Positions 21,548-31,600 are shown, counted from the first letter of the stretch. The stretch: 64,000 nucleotides of DNA from Desulfobacterota bacterium AH_259_B03_O07 (GCA_027717645.1 JALLOG010000001.1:1951-65950); one strand, 5' to 3'. Notes: generated from the letters alone by a model not told the origin. Numbers and translations are program-made.

Positions 21548-22253
21548 TCATTGATTCTTCACAGTAAAGGATTCTTCCGCAGTTCGGGCACTGAATCACC
21601 CTCGTTAATGTAAGGACTTCATTGAATAGCTGGGGAGGGATGTTCATATTACATCCGGTACATATTTCATTTCTTGCTGGGGCGATAGCAATTCCATTTC
21701 TTGCTTTTATTTTCTCGTAGATAGGTAAAATCTCAGGCTTTATGAGTGACAATACTTTTTGTTTTTCTCGTGTTTTTATTTCTTGGGTTTGCTTGAGCTC
21801 ACTTATCTTTGCTTCATAATCATTTATTAATTGTTCCGATTCTTTCTCTTTTTCAGATAATTCTTGTTCCTTTTCATTGATATGATTTTCAAGGTCCTCA
21901 ATTACTTCCATTGCTTGAAGGATTTCTTCTTCAAATGATCCGTTTGCCAATTTAGCTTCACTAATTTCTTTTTGAAGCGCTTCATATTCTCTGTAGGTTT
22001 TTATTTCAAAAAGCCTTTTCTCACCGTTTTTCATAGTATCAGTATTTTGTTCAAGTTGTTGTTCCATTTCGTTTTTATTTATCTTCATTTGCTCTAGCTC
22101 TTCTTTTGCTTTAGCAATGGATTTCTTAGAGTTTTCAAGTTCTTCTTGATAGCGATATATTTCCTTTGGATAATTCTCGAGTTTTTCCTCTATGACGTCG
22201 AGCTCTAAATCAACTTGCTGAAGCGTACCGAGAGCAGCAATTTGATCTCGCAT
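21525..22253 (-). CDS. coiled-coil protein with C-terminal C4 zinc ribbon (COG1579/DUF164-like)
   Basis: Long heptad-rich region followed by CTGCNMNIPPQ...CPNCGRILY. Confidence 0.8.
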   Translation of the reverse strand: MRDQIAALGTLQQVDLELDVIEEKLENYPKEIYRYQEELENSKKSIAKAKEELEQMKINKNEMEQQLEQNTDTMKNGEKRLFEIKTYREYEALQKEISEAKLANGSFEEEILQAMEVIEDLENHINEKEQELSEKEKESEQLINDYEAKISELKQTQEIKTREKQKVLSLIKPEILPIYEKIKARNGIAIAPARNEICTGCNMNIPPQLFNEVLTLTRVIQCPNCGRILYCEESMSGKLQTA

Positions 22254-22407
22254 TTTTACCCCCTTGAATCAAAATTTTTGTTAATTTTTCGTAAAACTTA
22301 AGTTGGATGAAAATTGACTGGAATGGATGGTTGAATAATTTAAGACTGGTATAAGGTGTTGTAATTTCCTCTTTTCCCATTTATAAGACTATGTTCATCC
22401 TTTCTTT

Positions 22408-22481
22408 TGGGCCCACCCGGACTCGAACCAGGGACCAACGGATTATGAGTCCGTCGCTCTAACCAACTGAGCTATGGGCCC
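22408..22481 (-). tRNA. tRNA with CAU anticodon (elongator Met or lysidine-type Ile2; not initiator-like); CCA not encoded
   Basis: Reverse complement: GGGCCCAUAGCUCAGUUGGUUAGAGCGACGGACUCAUAAUCCGUUGGUCCCUGGUUCGAGUCCGGGUGGGCCCA. Full cloverleaf with a G1-C72 pair and no GGG/CCC anticodon stem. Confidence 0.9.
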
Positions 22482-22580
22482 AGCTTATGTTGTTTAGAAC
22501 AAAGTAGGATAAATGATCATCTTACAATTGTCAAATCTAGACAGATGTCTGAAAGGATGTTCTACTAAATAAAACAAGTT

Positions 22581-23363
22581 ATGATCAACTCTCTAAAGAA
22601 GCTGCTAAAAACGGAGATACTTGGGAAATCGATACATTTTTATGATGAAGTTGGCTCAACAAATGATATAGCTTTTGAACTTGCAAGACAAGGCTCTCCA
22701 GAGGGGACTGTTGTCATTGCTGATTGTCAGACCGAAGGTAGGGGTAGGCTTCAAAGAAAATGGATATCACCTCGTGGCATAAATTTATATATTTCTGTAA
22801 TCTTTCGTCCCTTTGTCAAATCAAGTGATGGGCAGTTATTTACATTAATTGCATCTATCGCTTTGTCAGAAACTATTAACGCCCTTGGTTTGGAATCAAA
22901 AATTAAATGGCCTAACGATTTGCTCATAAAAGGGAAGAAAGTAGCTGGTATCTTAACCGAAATGCAATCGATGGAAGATATGGTTGATTTTCTTGTAGTT
23001 GGGATAGGCTTAAATCTCAATATGAGCAGAGAGATGATGCAAATGGAAATGGCTGTTATAGCTGAAACTGCAACTTCAGTTAAGGAATTATTGTGTAGGG
23101 ATGTTGATACAACTGAGATTACAGCAAATTTGATCTTCAATCTTGAAAAATGGTATCAGGAATTTAATAACAAAGGGAATAATTATATTATAAATGAATG
23201 GAAAAAAAGGTGGGGTGATTTTGGAAGGAGGGTGCATGTGGATTTTGATGACAGTGTGGTTGAAGGGGTTGCATTTGATATAAATGACAAGGGTTTTCTT
23301 CTAATAAAAAAGGATGATGGTACAATTAAAAGGGTAATTTCTGGGGATGTAAAATTAATTTAG
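22581..23363 (+). CDS. birA: biotin--[acetyl-CoA-carboxylase] ligase (no N-terminal HTH)
   Basis: GRGRLQRKW signature, KWPNDLL; 260 aa. Confidence 0.9.
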   Translation: MINSLKKLLKTEILGKSIHFYDEVGSTNDIAFELARQGSPEGTVVIADCQTEGRGRLQRKWISPRGINLYISVIFRPFVKSSDGQLFTLIASIALSETINALGLESKIKWPNDLLIKGKKVAGILTEMQSMEDMVDFLVVGIGLNLNMSREMMQMEMAVIAETATSVKELLCRDVDTTEITANLIFNLEKWYQEFNNKGNNYIINEWKKRWGDFGRRVHVDFDDSVVEGVAFDINDKGFLLIKKDDGTIKRVISGDVKLI

Positions 23364-23365
23364 AG

Positions 23366-24043
23366 CTATTTCGCGCTGTGGGCATTAATCGTATCCCAGA
23401 ACATCAGTTCATAATCTAGTCCTAACCTTACCGCCGTTTTAATTCTTTTTCTGTTTATTGCTGGATTAGAGAATTCTTTCATTATTTTAATTATTGTATC
23501 GTAAAATTGATCTGGTATAGGATAAAAGCTATCTAAGAATTTTGTATCTTCCGCTGAGAATCCATAGTTTTTTTTAAGACCTTTGCTCAATCTGTAGCAG
23601 TTCTCACCCCAGCACTCAAAATCCATTGTTAAGCTTCCACAAATCTCTCCCAATGTACCATAGATAGCAAGTCGTGTGAAGTAATTGGTAAAAGCGAGGG
23701 TGTAGGCATGTGGTTCGGAGTTTGCCAATTCTTTTTTCTTAATGTCAAACCTCTTTGCTAAAATGAAGAGATTTGCTAAAGCAATACGTTCTCCTTGAAT
23801 AAGCTCCAAAAAAAAGTCTCTGATCCACGGTTCGGGAGAGAGAGATATGTATAAACCAATATTCCTTAAGTCTCCATGTATTATGTGAAATTGCTGAATT
23901 GTAAAGAATTTTAATTTCCTGATTGGTGCTTTTCCCTTTTCAACACTGATTACGAAGGGATGAGAAAGAATTTTTCTTCTCAGAGATCGAAATTCTTTTC
24001 TTAAATCGTCTAGGTATCTATAGTTTGGGTATTTATTACTCAA
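23366..24043 (-). CDS. TenA/PqqC-like haem-oxygenase-fold protein
   Basis: 225 aa, all-helical. HPF...L..G....KL..F..QQFHI pattern resembles the TenA family. Assignment is from memory only. Confidence 0.45.
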   Translation of the reverse strand: MSNKYPNYRYLDDLRKEFRSLRRKILSHPFVISVEKGKAPIRKLKFFTIQQFHIIHGDLRNIGLYISLSPEPWIRDFFLELIQGERIALANLFILAKRFDIKKKELANSEPHAYTLAFTNYFTRLAIYGTLGEICGSLTMDFECWGENCYRLSKGLKKNYGFSAEDTKFLDSFYPIPDQFYDTIIKIMKEFSNPAINRKRIKTAVRLGLDYELMFWDTINAHSAK

Positions 24044-24064
24044 CCGAAGATCTCAAAGAAAAGA

Positions 24065-24403
24065 CTATCTTGTATTCTTTCTTATTAGTATTAATATTTG
24101 CTCTTGTAAACTGTTCATAAGTTCTGACCATTGACTAATCTTCGACAGGTCATTTTCGTGAAAAAGTTTCTTAATTAAAAGTCCTGATGCGCTTGTTTCT
24201 ACTATACAGTCTGAATATTTCTCTCCCAATATTTCCCCGAATCTGTTTAGTAAATTAATAGCTTTAGGATCGTTACCCTCGAACTTAGAAATAAGGACCA
24301 TATCCTGATCGAATCCTTCAAAAACTATATTCCATAAAGTTGAACTGGATTCCATCCCAAAAGAAAGTTTAATTGGACATGATTTTTCAACTATTTCTTG
24401 CAT
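24065..24403 (-). CDS. hypothetical protein
   Basis: 112-aa ORF, co-oriented with and 21 nt from the upstream gene. No motif recognised. Confidence 0.4.
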   Translation of the reverse strand: MQEIVEKSCPIKLSFGMESSSTLWNIVFEGFDQDMVLISKFEGNDPKAINLLNRFGEILGEKYSDCIVETSASGLLIKKLFHENDLSKISQWSELMNSLQEQILILIRKNTR

Positions 24404-24579
24404 TTAAATTAGCTATATTATTTCTAAATAAAAATAAAAAATAGTATTATAGTTATTATTAATTTACCTTAACTATAATAAACTATGATGAATTATAGAG
24501 CCAACAGCTTGAATAGTGTTCTTAAAAAAACTTGGCTAAGGTTATATACATGACTCCGACATGTGCAATTTTAACTGAT

Positions 24580-25641
24580 CTAGTATGAGCCGCGTTGGAG
24601 TTTGGAAAGGCTCTTCTTTGCAGTTGCTGCGTAACTTGAATAGCTTTGGTGTTCTGACACGAGATCTAGAAAGATTTTATAATTTCTTATTGCCAACTGA
24701 GGATTATCGGTAGCTTCATAGCTGCGTGCAAGGAAAAAATATGCATCAGGATAGTTCGGGTTTAATGCAATGGCTTTTTTCTCTTTTGCGATACTTTCGT
24801 TGAACTTATTTATATAATAAAGAGTAATTCCGAGGTTCATTTGTGCAGGGGCAAAGTTTGGTTCTAACTCTAAGGCTCTCTTATATTCAGAGATAGCTCT
24901 TGGATAATAACCTTGGGTTCTGAGCACAGTTCCCAAATAGTTATGCAACTGTGCAGAATCTGCTAATTCAACAGCCTTTTTAAAATGCGCAGCTGCTTTT
25001 TTGTAGTTGCCTGTCTTAAAGAAGTAGGCCGCTCCCAGATCAACGTGGGCCATAACGAGATTTGGATTTATTCGTAAAGCATTTCTTATGCCGGGGTTAT
25101 TAGGTCGTTTCCCATTCGCTGCCCAAACTATGTACAGACTTTCGGCGTCATTCGGATCCATCTGTAATACACGATTTGCTGCGGCTTCAGCGTCTTTCTC
25201 TCTACTTAGATGAAGATAGTTTAAAGCGAGCGCTCTCTGAGTTTCTTTAAAATTTGGCCCGAATTGAAGAGCTTTAAGTATGTTTTGATAAGCTCTATTG
25301 TAAAACTCCTCGTAGTCATCTTTTACCTCATATCTATAAAAACCCATAAAGGAATAAACTTCTCCAAGTCCAGCGTAAGCGGGGGCAAAAGTAGGATCTA
25401 TCTTAATGGCTTGTTTATAATTTCCAATTGCATCTATAAATCCTTGAGGAGTAAATTTTAGATATTCACTTCTTCCTTTCTCATAAAAATCTTTTGCGCT
25501 TGATGGTGTCGTCTGAGTTTCATTAGCGTCTTGGCTTTCCTCTGAAACGGCATCTTCTACCCTTAGTTGTGTGTGAGTTATGAAAAATGTCAAAAACGGC
25601 AATAAAACAAGAATCAATATATTTATGTTTTGTCTTCTCAT
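24580..25641 (-). CDS. TPR-repeat protein with N-terminal signal/anchor
   Basis: N-terminal hydrophobic segment ILILVLLPFLTFFI. Repeated A..Y..AL.L.PN..(A) TPR units. Confidence 0.8.
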   Translation of the reverse strand: MRRQNINILILVLLPFLTFFITHTQLRVEDAVSEESQDANETQTTPSSAKDFYEKGRSEYLKFTPQGFIDAIGNYKQAIKIDPTFAPAYAGLGEVYSFMGFYRYEVKDDYEEFYNRAYQNILKALQFGPNFKETQRALALNYLHLSREKDAEAAANRVLQMDPNDAESLYIVWAANGKRPNNPGIRNALRINPNLVMAHVDLGAAYFFKTGNYKKAAAHFKKAVELADSAQLHNYLGTVLRTQGYYPRAISEYKRALELEPNFAPAQMNLGITLYYINKFNESIAKEKKAIALNPNYPDAYFFLARSYEATDNPQLAIRNYKIFLDLVSEHQSYSSYAATAKKSLSKLQRGSY

Positions 25642-25687
25642 TTCATCCCCTCCTTGAATGTATATTGTTACATGATAACTGTCGAAT

Positions 25688-26230
25688 TCAATAATTTTCA
25701 GAAATAAATTTTACTATTTCTTGAGCTATAATCTCATACATGTCTTTTCCAACATGACCACTTCTAAAAATCCCTAGGGAGCTGAAACTACTTATTTCAC
25801 CTGTCGTTATTTCCTTGCCCGTATCTTTTTGCAATAGTACAAGCTTTAGGGAGAGTGTTACTTCGCCGAATTTTAGTGCTCCGCCCTCGAATTTAACATC
25901 TGTACCTGGTACAAATTCAGCAATCTCACCAAGAAGAACTAGTGTTTTATCAGCGGCAATATCATCTATTTTCCCATGTTTTACCTCTTCAAACGTATTT
26001 TCTTTAGCTTTCAAAAGTTTCTCAACGTCATCCGGGATTTTTTTCAAAGCGTCCTTAGGAAATTCAGGAATTGCCGATTCAAAGTCAAATATCTCAAGAG
26101 CTTCGTACTTGTCTAGTTTAGATTTAGGGGGTGTAAAATAAGAAGATGTTTTTACGTCGCCACAACCTGAGACAGTAGCAAATAAAGATAATAAAATTAT
26201 CGTTATCGACAAGGATGTATCTTTTTTCAT
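25688..26230 (-). CDS. lipoprotein, function unknown
   Basis: Signal peptide ending in lipobox VSGC (MKKDTSLSITIILLSLFATVSGC). Confidence 0.7.
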   Translation of the reverse strand: MKKDTSLSITIILLSLFATVSGCGDVKTSSYFTPPKSKLDKYEALEIFDFESAIPEFPKDALKKIPDDVEKLLKAKENTFEEVKHGKIDDIAADKTLVLLGEIAEFVPGTDVKFEGGALKFGEVTLSLKLVLLQKDTGKEITTGEISSFSSLGIFRSGHVGKDMYEIIAQEIVKFISENY

Positions 26231-26400
26231 TAAATTTTCTTTCTCCTAAAACTTAGCCGCACATATAAAATATCATACTAGGGCTGTTCTACAAATATTA
26301 ATTCAATATCTTATTGCTATTTTTGAAAAATATATTTTAATGGGTTGAGTGATCTTGCTTTGTTCGTGTGATGATAAGATTACGAAGTTTAAGACATGGT

Positions 26401-27741
26401 TCATCGTTTTACAATAATCATGTTCATGCCATGCTTTGGTCTTAATGTTATCATGGGCTTTATGTCAACCTTGTGTCCAGGAACGAGACGAAACTTCCAT
26501 TTACTGGCGATAGTTGCAATCACGAGTATGCCCTCCATCCATGCAAACTGCTCTCCTATACAGCGTCTAGGACCGCCGCCGATTGGGAAATAGGAATATT
26601 GCCGAAGCGAGTTCTCTTGTTTCGGTGTCCACCTTCCTGGTTTAAAATCTAGTGTGTCAGGATAGAATCGTGGATCCCTATGAATTATGTATTGACAGAA
26701 GAAGATGGCAGATCGGGCAGGGACATCATAATTAAGAACCATGTAGTCGTTTATTGCTCGTCGCGCCGTCGACCATACTGGGGGATAAATTCTCATCGAT
26801 TCAGTCAGCAACATTCGAGTGTAATTCAATTGTTCTAGATCCTCAAAGGTCGGTAATCTATTACCGAGCACAAAATCAGGCTCTTCGTGTAGTTTCCTTT
26901 CTACATCTTGATTTTGAGAAAGAAAATAAAATGTCCAAGTAAGTGCGTTTGCCACGGTTTCATGACCGGCAAGAAAAATAGTCATTACCTCATCGCGTAC
27001 CTGTAAATCACTCATTCCTCCGCCGTCACCTTCTTCATCCTGTGCGATAAGAAACATTGAAAGGAGGTCACCCCGATCCTCCCCGGAGGAACGTCTCTGT
27101 TAGATCATACTGTAAACGGTTTTATTAAGTCTCTCACGGGCCTTTTCAAACCGAATAGTTTCAGGGAGGGGGATTCTATCCAGTATCTCTGAGTAAGGAA
27201 ATAACATCCTTGGAAACATGTTGATAATTACACCTACAGCATGTGCTATTTCATCCGTCTCAGATTCGATATCAGTATCATACAGAGTCTTGGCTACGAT
27301 AGCTAGTGTCAAAGCCATCATTTCTCCATGCATCTCAACCTTTTCCCCATCAATCCATTGCTCGCTCAACCGAGTAGCATAATCTACCATTACTTTTCCG
27401 TAATTGGATATTCGCCTGTGGTGAAATGCCGGTTGTGCCAATCGTCGCTGGCGTAAATGATATTCCCCTTCGCTTGTTATTAGACCGTTACCCAGTATAA
27501 GTTTCGACCTCTCAAGTGCACGGCTTTTAGTGAAGTTACGGTTATGTGTAACAAGAACGTCCTTTATTAAATCTGGATGGTTAAGCAAAATAACTTTTTG
27601 GCTGAGTAGCTTGAAGTAAACTATGTCACCGTATTAATTGGCTGCATTGATCATAAAACCCAGCATGTCACGGAAAAATTGAAAAAGCGAGCCGAACACG
27701 GGTAGCCTCTTAGGACCTGGAGGTAATAAATGTTTTTGCAT
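26401..27741 (-). pseudogene. cytochrome P450 interrupted by two in-frame TAA codons
   Basis: One 447-codon frame. It begins MQKHLLPPGPKRLPVFGS... and has TAA at 27634-27636 (codon 36). It continues YGDIVYFKL...LNHPDLIKDVL... to TAA at 27100-27102 (codon 214), then [17 protein letters not shown]...[16 protein letters not shown] (haem Cys loop). No frameshift. Confidence 0.8.
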
Positions 27742-27980
27742 AATAGTTTGTTATCGTAAATTCTTGACTAATTGTTGGCAGGTTTGTCAAGTCTTGGCAT
27801 ACGATTTTCTGTTCTTGGTACTATGGTTTCTTTAGAACCTATCGGGTTCATGATTATGGCTTGCTCGACACGATTTGGTTTCTAATAAGAATTTGTAGTG
27901 ATATGAATTTGTTGGGTAGATTATATAATAATTCATAGATTTTTTCTCCTTCATGACTAAATATAAATTTTAGGAAATAT

Positions 27981-28451
27981 ATGTATGATATAAAAACAAT
28001 TGGTCGGATCTTAAAAGAAAATCGCACCATTGCTGTTATAGGACTTTCAGCAAATTGGTATCGACCAAGTTATTTTGCGGCCAAATATCTACAAGACCAT
28101 GGGTATAGAATCATCCCTGTTAATCCCTCCTATGACGAAATCTTGGGTGAGAAATGTTATCCAAGCTTGTCGGAAATACCAGAAGCCGTTGAAGTTGTAC
28201 AAATATTTCGAAAACCCGAAGAAGTGCCTAAAATTGTTGAACAGGCGATTGAAAAGGGAGCCGGGGTCATATGGATGCAAATTGGTGTTATAAGTGAGGA
28301 GGCTGAAAAGATGGCGAAAGAAGCGGGGCTTGATGTTGTTATGGATCGTTGTATGAAGATTGAGCATGCTCGTCTTTTTGGTGGGCTTCATTTCGTAGGA
28401 GTACACACGGGTCTTATTTCGTCCAAGAGACAGAAGTGGTTGCCATATTGA
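27981..28451 (+). CDS. CoA-binding domain protein (YccU/YneT-like)
   Basis: IAVIGLSANWYRPSYFAAKYLQDHGYRIIPVNP, IFRKPEE, GAGVIWMQ. Confidence 0.85.
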   Translation: MYDIKTIGRILKENRTIAVIGLSANWYRPSYFAAKYLQDHGYRIIPVNPSYDEILGEKCYPSLSEIPEAVEVVQIFRKPEEVPKIVEQAIEKGAGVIWMQIGVISEEAEKMAKEAGLDVVMDRCMKIEHARLFGGLHFVGVHTGLISSKRQKWLPY

Positions 28452-28590
28452 GTGGATAAGCCGCGAATTGTCTCGAATTTATGCAAATGACATAGGGACA
28501 GCATGCAGCGTGCCCCTATATATTAATGATTTTATTTTTATCGCGTTGATAAGTTGTAGTTCGCGGCTAAATGGTTATAGGGGGGAACAG

Positions 28591-29886
28591 ATGCCTGACA
28601 GAAAATTTGGTTTTGAAACACTTTGTCTTCATGCGGGTCAGTTGCCTGATGCAGTCACTGGTTCGAGGGCGGTCCCAATATATCAGACTACCGCCTATGT
28701 ATTTGATAGCTCCGATCACGCTGCCAGCCTTTTTAATCTTCAGACCTTTGGAAATATATACACTCGGATAATGAATCCTACGAATGCGGTTTTCGAGGAG
28801 CGAATGGCCGCACTTGAGGGAGGTAGAGGGGCATTGAGCGTTGCCTCAGGAATTGCCGCTCAGATGGTGGCAATTTTCACTATTATGGAATCGGGTGAAG
28901 AAATAGTTTCTTCAAGCACACTTTATGGAGGTACATATTCTCAATTTGATGTTAGTTTTAGAAAGCTTGGGATAGAAACGAAATTTGTTAATCCAGATGA
29001 CCCTCAAAATTTCAAAGAGGCTTTAACGAAAAAGACCAAGGTAATCTATGCTGAAACAATAAGCAATCCAATGGGAAATATTCTAGATATTGAAAAAGTG
29101 GCGAGTATAGCTCATGACGCAGGTATTCCGCTGATAATTGATAGTACGTTTGCTACTCCTTATCTATGTAAACCCATTCAGTATGGAGCGGATATAATAG
29201 TTCACTCTGCTACAAAGTTTATATGTGGTCATGGAACCTCTATAGGAGGTGTGATTATCGAGTCGGGGAAGTTCCCATGGGATAACGGAAACTTTCCTGT
29301 CATGATGGAGCATTCGAAGGGTTATCACGGTATCAGATTTTATGAGACATTCGGTGACTTTGGCTATATAATGAAAGCACGCGTTGAAACACTTCGTACC
29401 TATGGTCCTGCTCTTAGTCCCTTCAATTCATTTCTCTTCATCCAGGGTTTAGAGACGCTTCACATCAGGATGGAAAGGCATTGTTCAAATGCTCTTGCTA
29501 TTGCCAAATTCTTAAAAGAACATCCATCTGTTACATGGGTGTATTATCCGGGTCTTCCTGATAGTCCTTATTATGAACTTTCAAAGAAATATCTTCCAAA
29601 AGGAGCGGGTTCGATCTTTACTTTTGGAATAAAAGGTGGTCAAGAAGCTGGAGTAAAATTTATAGAGAGCCTTCAACTTTTGAGTCATGTCGCTAACGTC
29701 GGGGATGCTAAGACACTTATTATTCATCCCGCTTCGACTACACATCGCCAGCTAAATGAAGAGGAGCAATCTTTAGCTGGTGTAACACCCGATATGATTC
29801 GAATTTCTGTTGGATTGGAGACAGTCGATGACATTCTTTGGGATATTGATCAAGCATTGGTAAATTCCCAAAAGGCTAAATCATGA
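28591..29886 (+). CDS. metY: O-acetylhomoserine aminocarboxypropyltransferase (sulfhydrylase)
   Basis: FETLCLHAGQ and PLP-lysine region HSATKFICGHG. ATG 28591 with a G-rich RBS is preferred over the tracked upstream start. Confidence 0.9.
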   Translation: MPDRKFGFETLCLHAGQLPDAVTGSRAVPIYQTTAYVFDSSDHAASLFNLQTFGNIYTRIMNPTNAVFEERMAALEGGRGALSVASGIAAQMVAIFTIMESGEEIVSSSTLYGGTYSQFDVSFRKLGIETKFVNPDDPQNFKEALTKKTKVIYAETISNPMGNILDIEKVASIAHDAGIPLIIDSTFATPYLCKPIQYGADIIVHSATKFICGHGTSIGGVIIESGKFPWDNGNFPVMMEHSKGYHGIRFYETFGDFGYIMKARVETLRTYGPALSPFNSFLFIQGLETLHIRMERHCSNALAIAKFLKEHPSVTWVYYPGLPDSPYYELSKKYLPKGAGSIFTFGIKGGQEAGVKFIESLQLLSHVANVGDAKTLIIHPASTTHRQLNEEEQSLAGVTPDMIRISVGLETVDDILWDIDQALVNSQKAKS

Positions 29887-31049
29887 CAACAGAAGAGCTT
29901 GGTGAATTCCCAGTAATTATAGCAGAACACGGTTCAGTAGGCATTGTCAAAGCTGGAACATACACTTTTGCACCCCCTCCTAACAAGTTTGTACTTGACA
30001 ATGGGGAGACCCTAGGTCCTATCACCATCGCATATGAAACCTACGGTGAATTAAATGAAACAAGGGATAATGTGATTCTTGTCGAGCATGCACTCACTGC
30101 GAATGCACATGCAGCAGGCAAACATAACCCAGAGGACAAGTATCCGGGCTGGTGGGATGTCATGATTGGTCCTGGTAAAGCTTTTGATACAAGCAAATAT
30201 TATGTTATATGCGCAAACATCCTGGGTAGTTGCTATGGGACAACAGGTCCCTCATCTACGAACCCTGAAACAGGTAAGCCCTATGGCCAGGACTTTCCTC
30301 TGATCAGCATAAGGGATATGGTTCGTACTCAGAGAGAGCTTTTAAATCATTTGGAAATCAAAGGACTACGTGCAATTACTGGGGGTTCAATGGGGGGGAT
30401 GCAAGCTATGGAATGGGCCCTTCTTTATCCAGACATGGTCGAATCACTAATTCTAATTGCTTCTGCTGCAAGATCGACTCCGCTATCGATAGGAATTCAT
30501 AAGGTAGGTGTTCAGGCTATTATGGATGATCCTAACTGGAAAGAGGGAAATTATTACGGAAGAGACGTACCGGAGAGGGGCCTAGCGATTGCAAGGATGC
30601 TGGGGCACATAACCTATTTGAGTGATGGCTGGCTTTGGCAGAAGTTTGGGAGGAGACACTTAGATCCTAGCACTATGAAGTTGAGGCTTGATAGCAAGTT
30701 CGAAATAGAAAACTATTTAGAATATCAGGGGAAGAAATTTGTGAGGAGATTTGATGCCAACAGCTATATCTATATCATGCGATCGATAGATCTATATGAT
30801 GCCTCTGAAGGATATGACGAACTAGAAGATTCGTTTACTAGGATTAACTGCAAAAAGATTCTTGTTGCATCATTTACATCAGATTGGCTATACCCGTCTT
30901 ACCAGTCGATAGAATTGGTAGATGCCTTTAGAGCTAATGATATTGATGTTATATATCATGATATCGATTCACCATATGGGCATGATTCCTTTCTAATTGA
31001 ACACAAGAAGCTTACGAGTCTGATTGAAGATTTTTTGAAATCTCTTTAG
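29883..31049 (+). CDS. metX: homoserine O-acetyltransferase
   Basis: ITGGSMGGMQAMEWA nucleophile elbow, C-terminal SPYGHDSFL; 4-nt overlap with metY. Confidence 0.92.
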   Translation: MTTEELGEFPVIIAEHGSVGIVKAGTYTFAPPPNKFVLDNGETLGPITIAYETYGELNETRDNVILVEHALTANAHAAGKHNPEDKYPGWWDVMIGPGKAFDTSKYYVICANILGSCYGTTGPSSTNPETGKPYGQDFPLISIRDMVRTQRELLNHLEIKGLRAITGGSMGGMQAMEWALLYPDMVESLILIASAARSTPLSIGIHKVGVQAIMDDPNWKEGNYYGRDVPERGLAIARMLGHITYLSDGWLWQKFGRRHLDPSTMKLRLDSKFEIENYLEYQGKKFVRRFDANSYIYIMRSIDLYDASEGYDELEDSFTRINCKKILVASFTSDWLYPSYQSIELVDAFRANDIDVIYHDIDSPYGHDSFLIEHKKLTSLIEDFLKSL

Positions 31050-31156
31050 ATTAAGCTGAAGTCTTCTCCCTTCCAAGAATGAAACGCTTAGCGCGCTCTT
31101 ATTAGTAGCGGGTTGGAGATTATCTGCTTTTCGCTGTAAATAATGACGCAACTTTT

Positions 31157-31181
31157 TGTAGGAGCAGCTTCCAGCTGCGAT
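31157..31181 (+). repeat. REP-like hairpin element, copy 1 (TGTAGGA-GCAGCT-tcc-AGCTGC-GAT)
   Basis: Read directly. Its exact reverse complement is at 60504-60528. Confidence 0.85.
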
Positions 31182-31257
31182 GAAAAATTCGCACTAAGCC
31201 TGTCCTTAAGTAAATCGAGGGAATGGGGCACCGACACAACAGGGCGGTCTCATTTTA

Positions 31258-31283
31258 GTCGCACCAAAGATGGTGCTCCTACA
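31258..31283 (-). repeat. REP-like hairpin element, copy 2, inverted (stem GCACCA/TGGTGC)
   Basis: The reverse complement reads TGTAGGAGCACCATCTTTGGTGCGAC. It forms an inverted pair with copy 1. Confidence 0.8.
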
Positions 31284-31309
31284 TTCTTTGATATTGAATA
31301 AAATGGTTC

Positions 31310-31334
31310 GGTAGGAGCGGCTGTCAGCCGCGAT
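31310..31334 (+). repeat. REP-like hairpin element, copy 3 (stem GCGGCT/AGCCGC)
   Basis: GGTAGGAGCGGCTGTCAGCCGCGAT. Confidence 0.8.
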
Positions 31335-31548
31335 ATTTACCTTAAGGTCGTTGCTACATTTTATAATAATTTGTGGCAGAGAGCTTCAGATTTCGAAGGA
31401 TATTAGGGCATTTCGGGTGGCACAACGGTCTTTCTGGTCGGTTCATACCCAATCCCGGCATTGGAAATAACCGGACATCCTAAGCCCTGATTCCCGTGCT
31501 ATGTCTTAGGATCTAAGCGTCGAGGGGTGAAACGATGCAAGAGTAGCA

Positions 31549-31600
31549 GAGGACTTTGGTGTCCTCCATACTTTGTCGCCCTGAATTCATTTCAGGGTCT
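31549..31600 (+). repeat. 52-nt double-hairpin element, copy A
   Basis: GAGGACtttggtGTCCTC followed by CCCTGAAttcatTTCAGGG. About 80% identical to 58812-58862. Confidence 0.75.

Noticed and set aside
28452-28590. SAM riboswitch in front of metY
   Set aside because: No S-box core or convincing SAM-II pseudoknot motif was recognised. The 139-nt gap may simply be read through from the CoA-binding gene.
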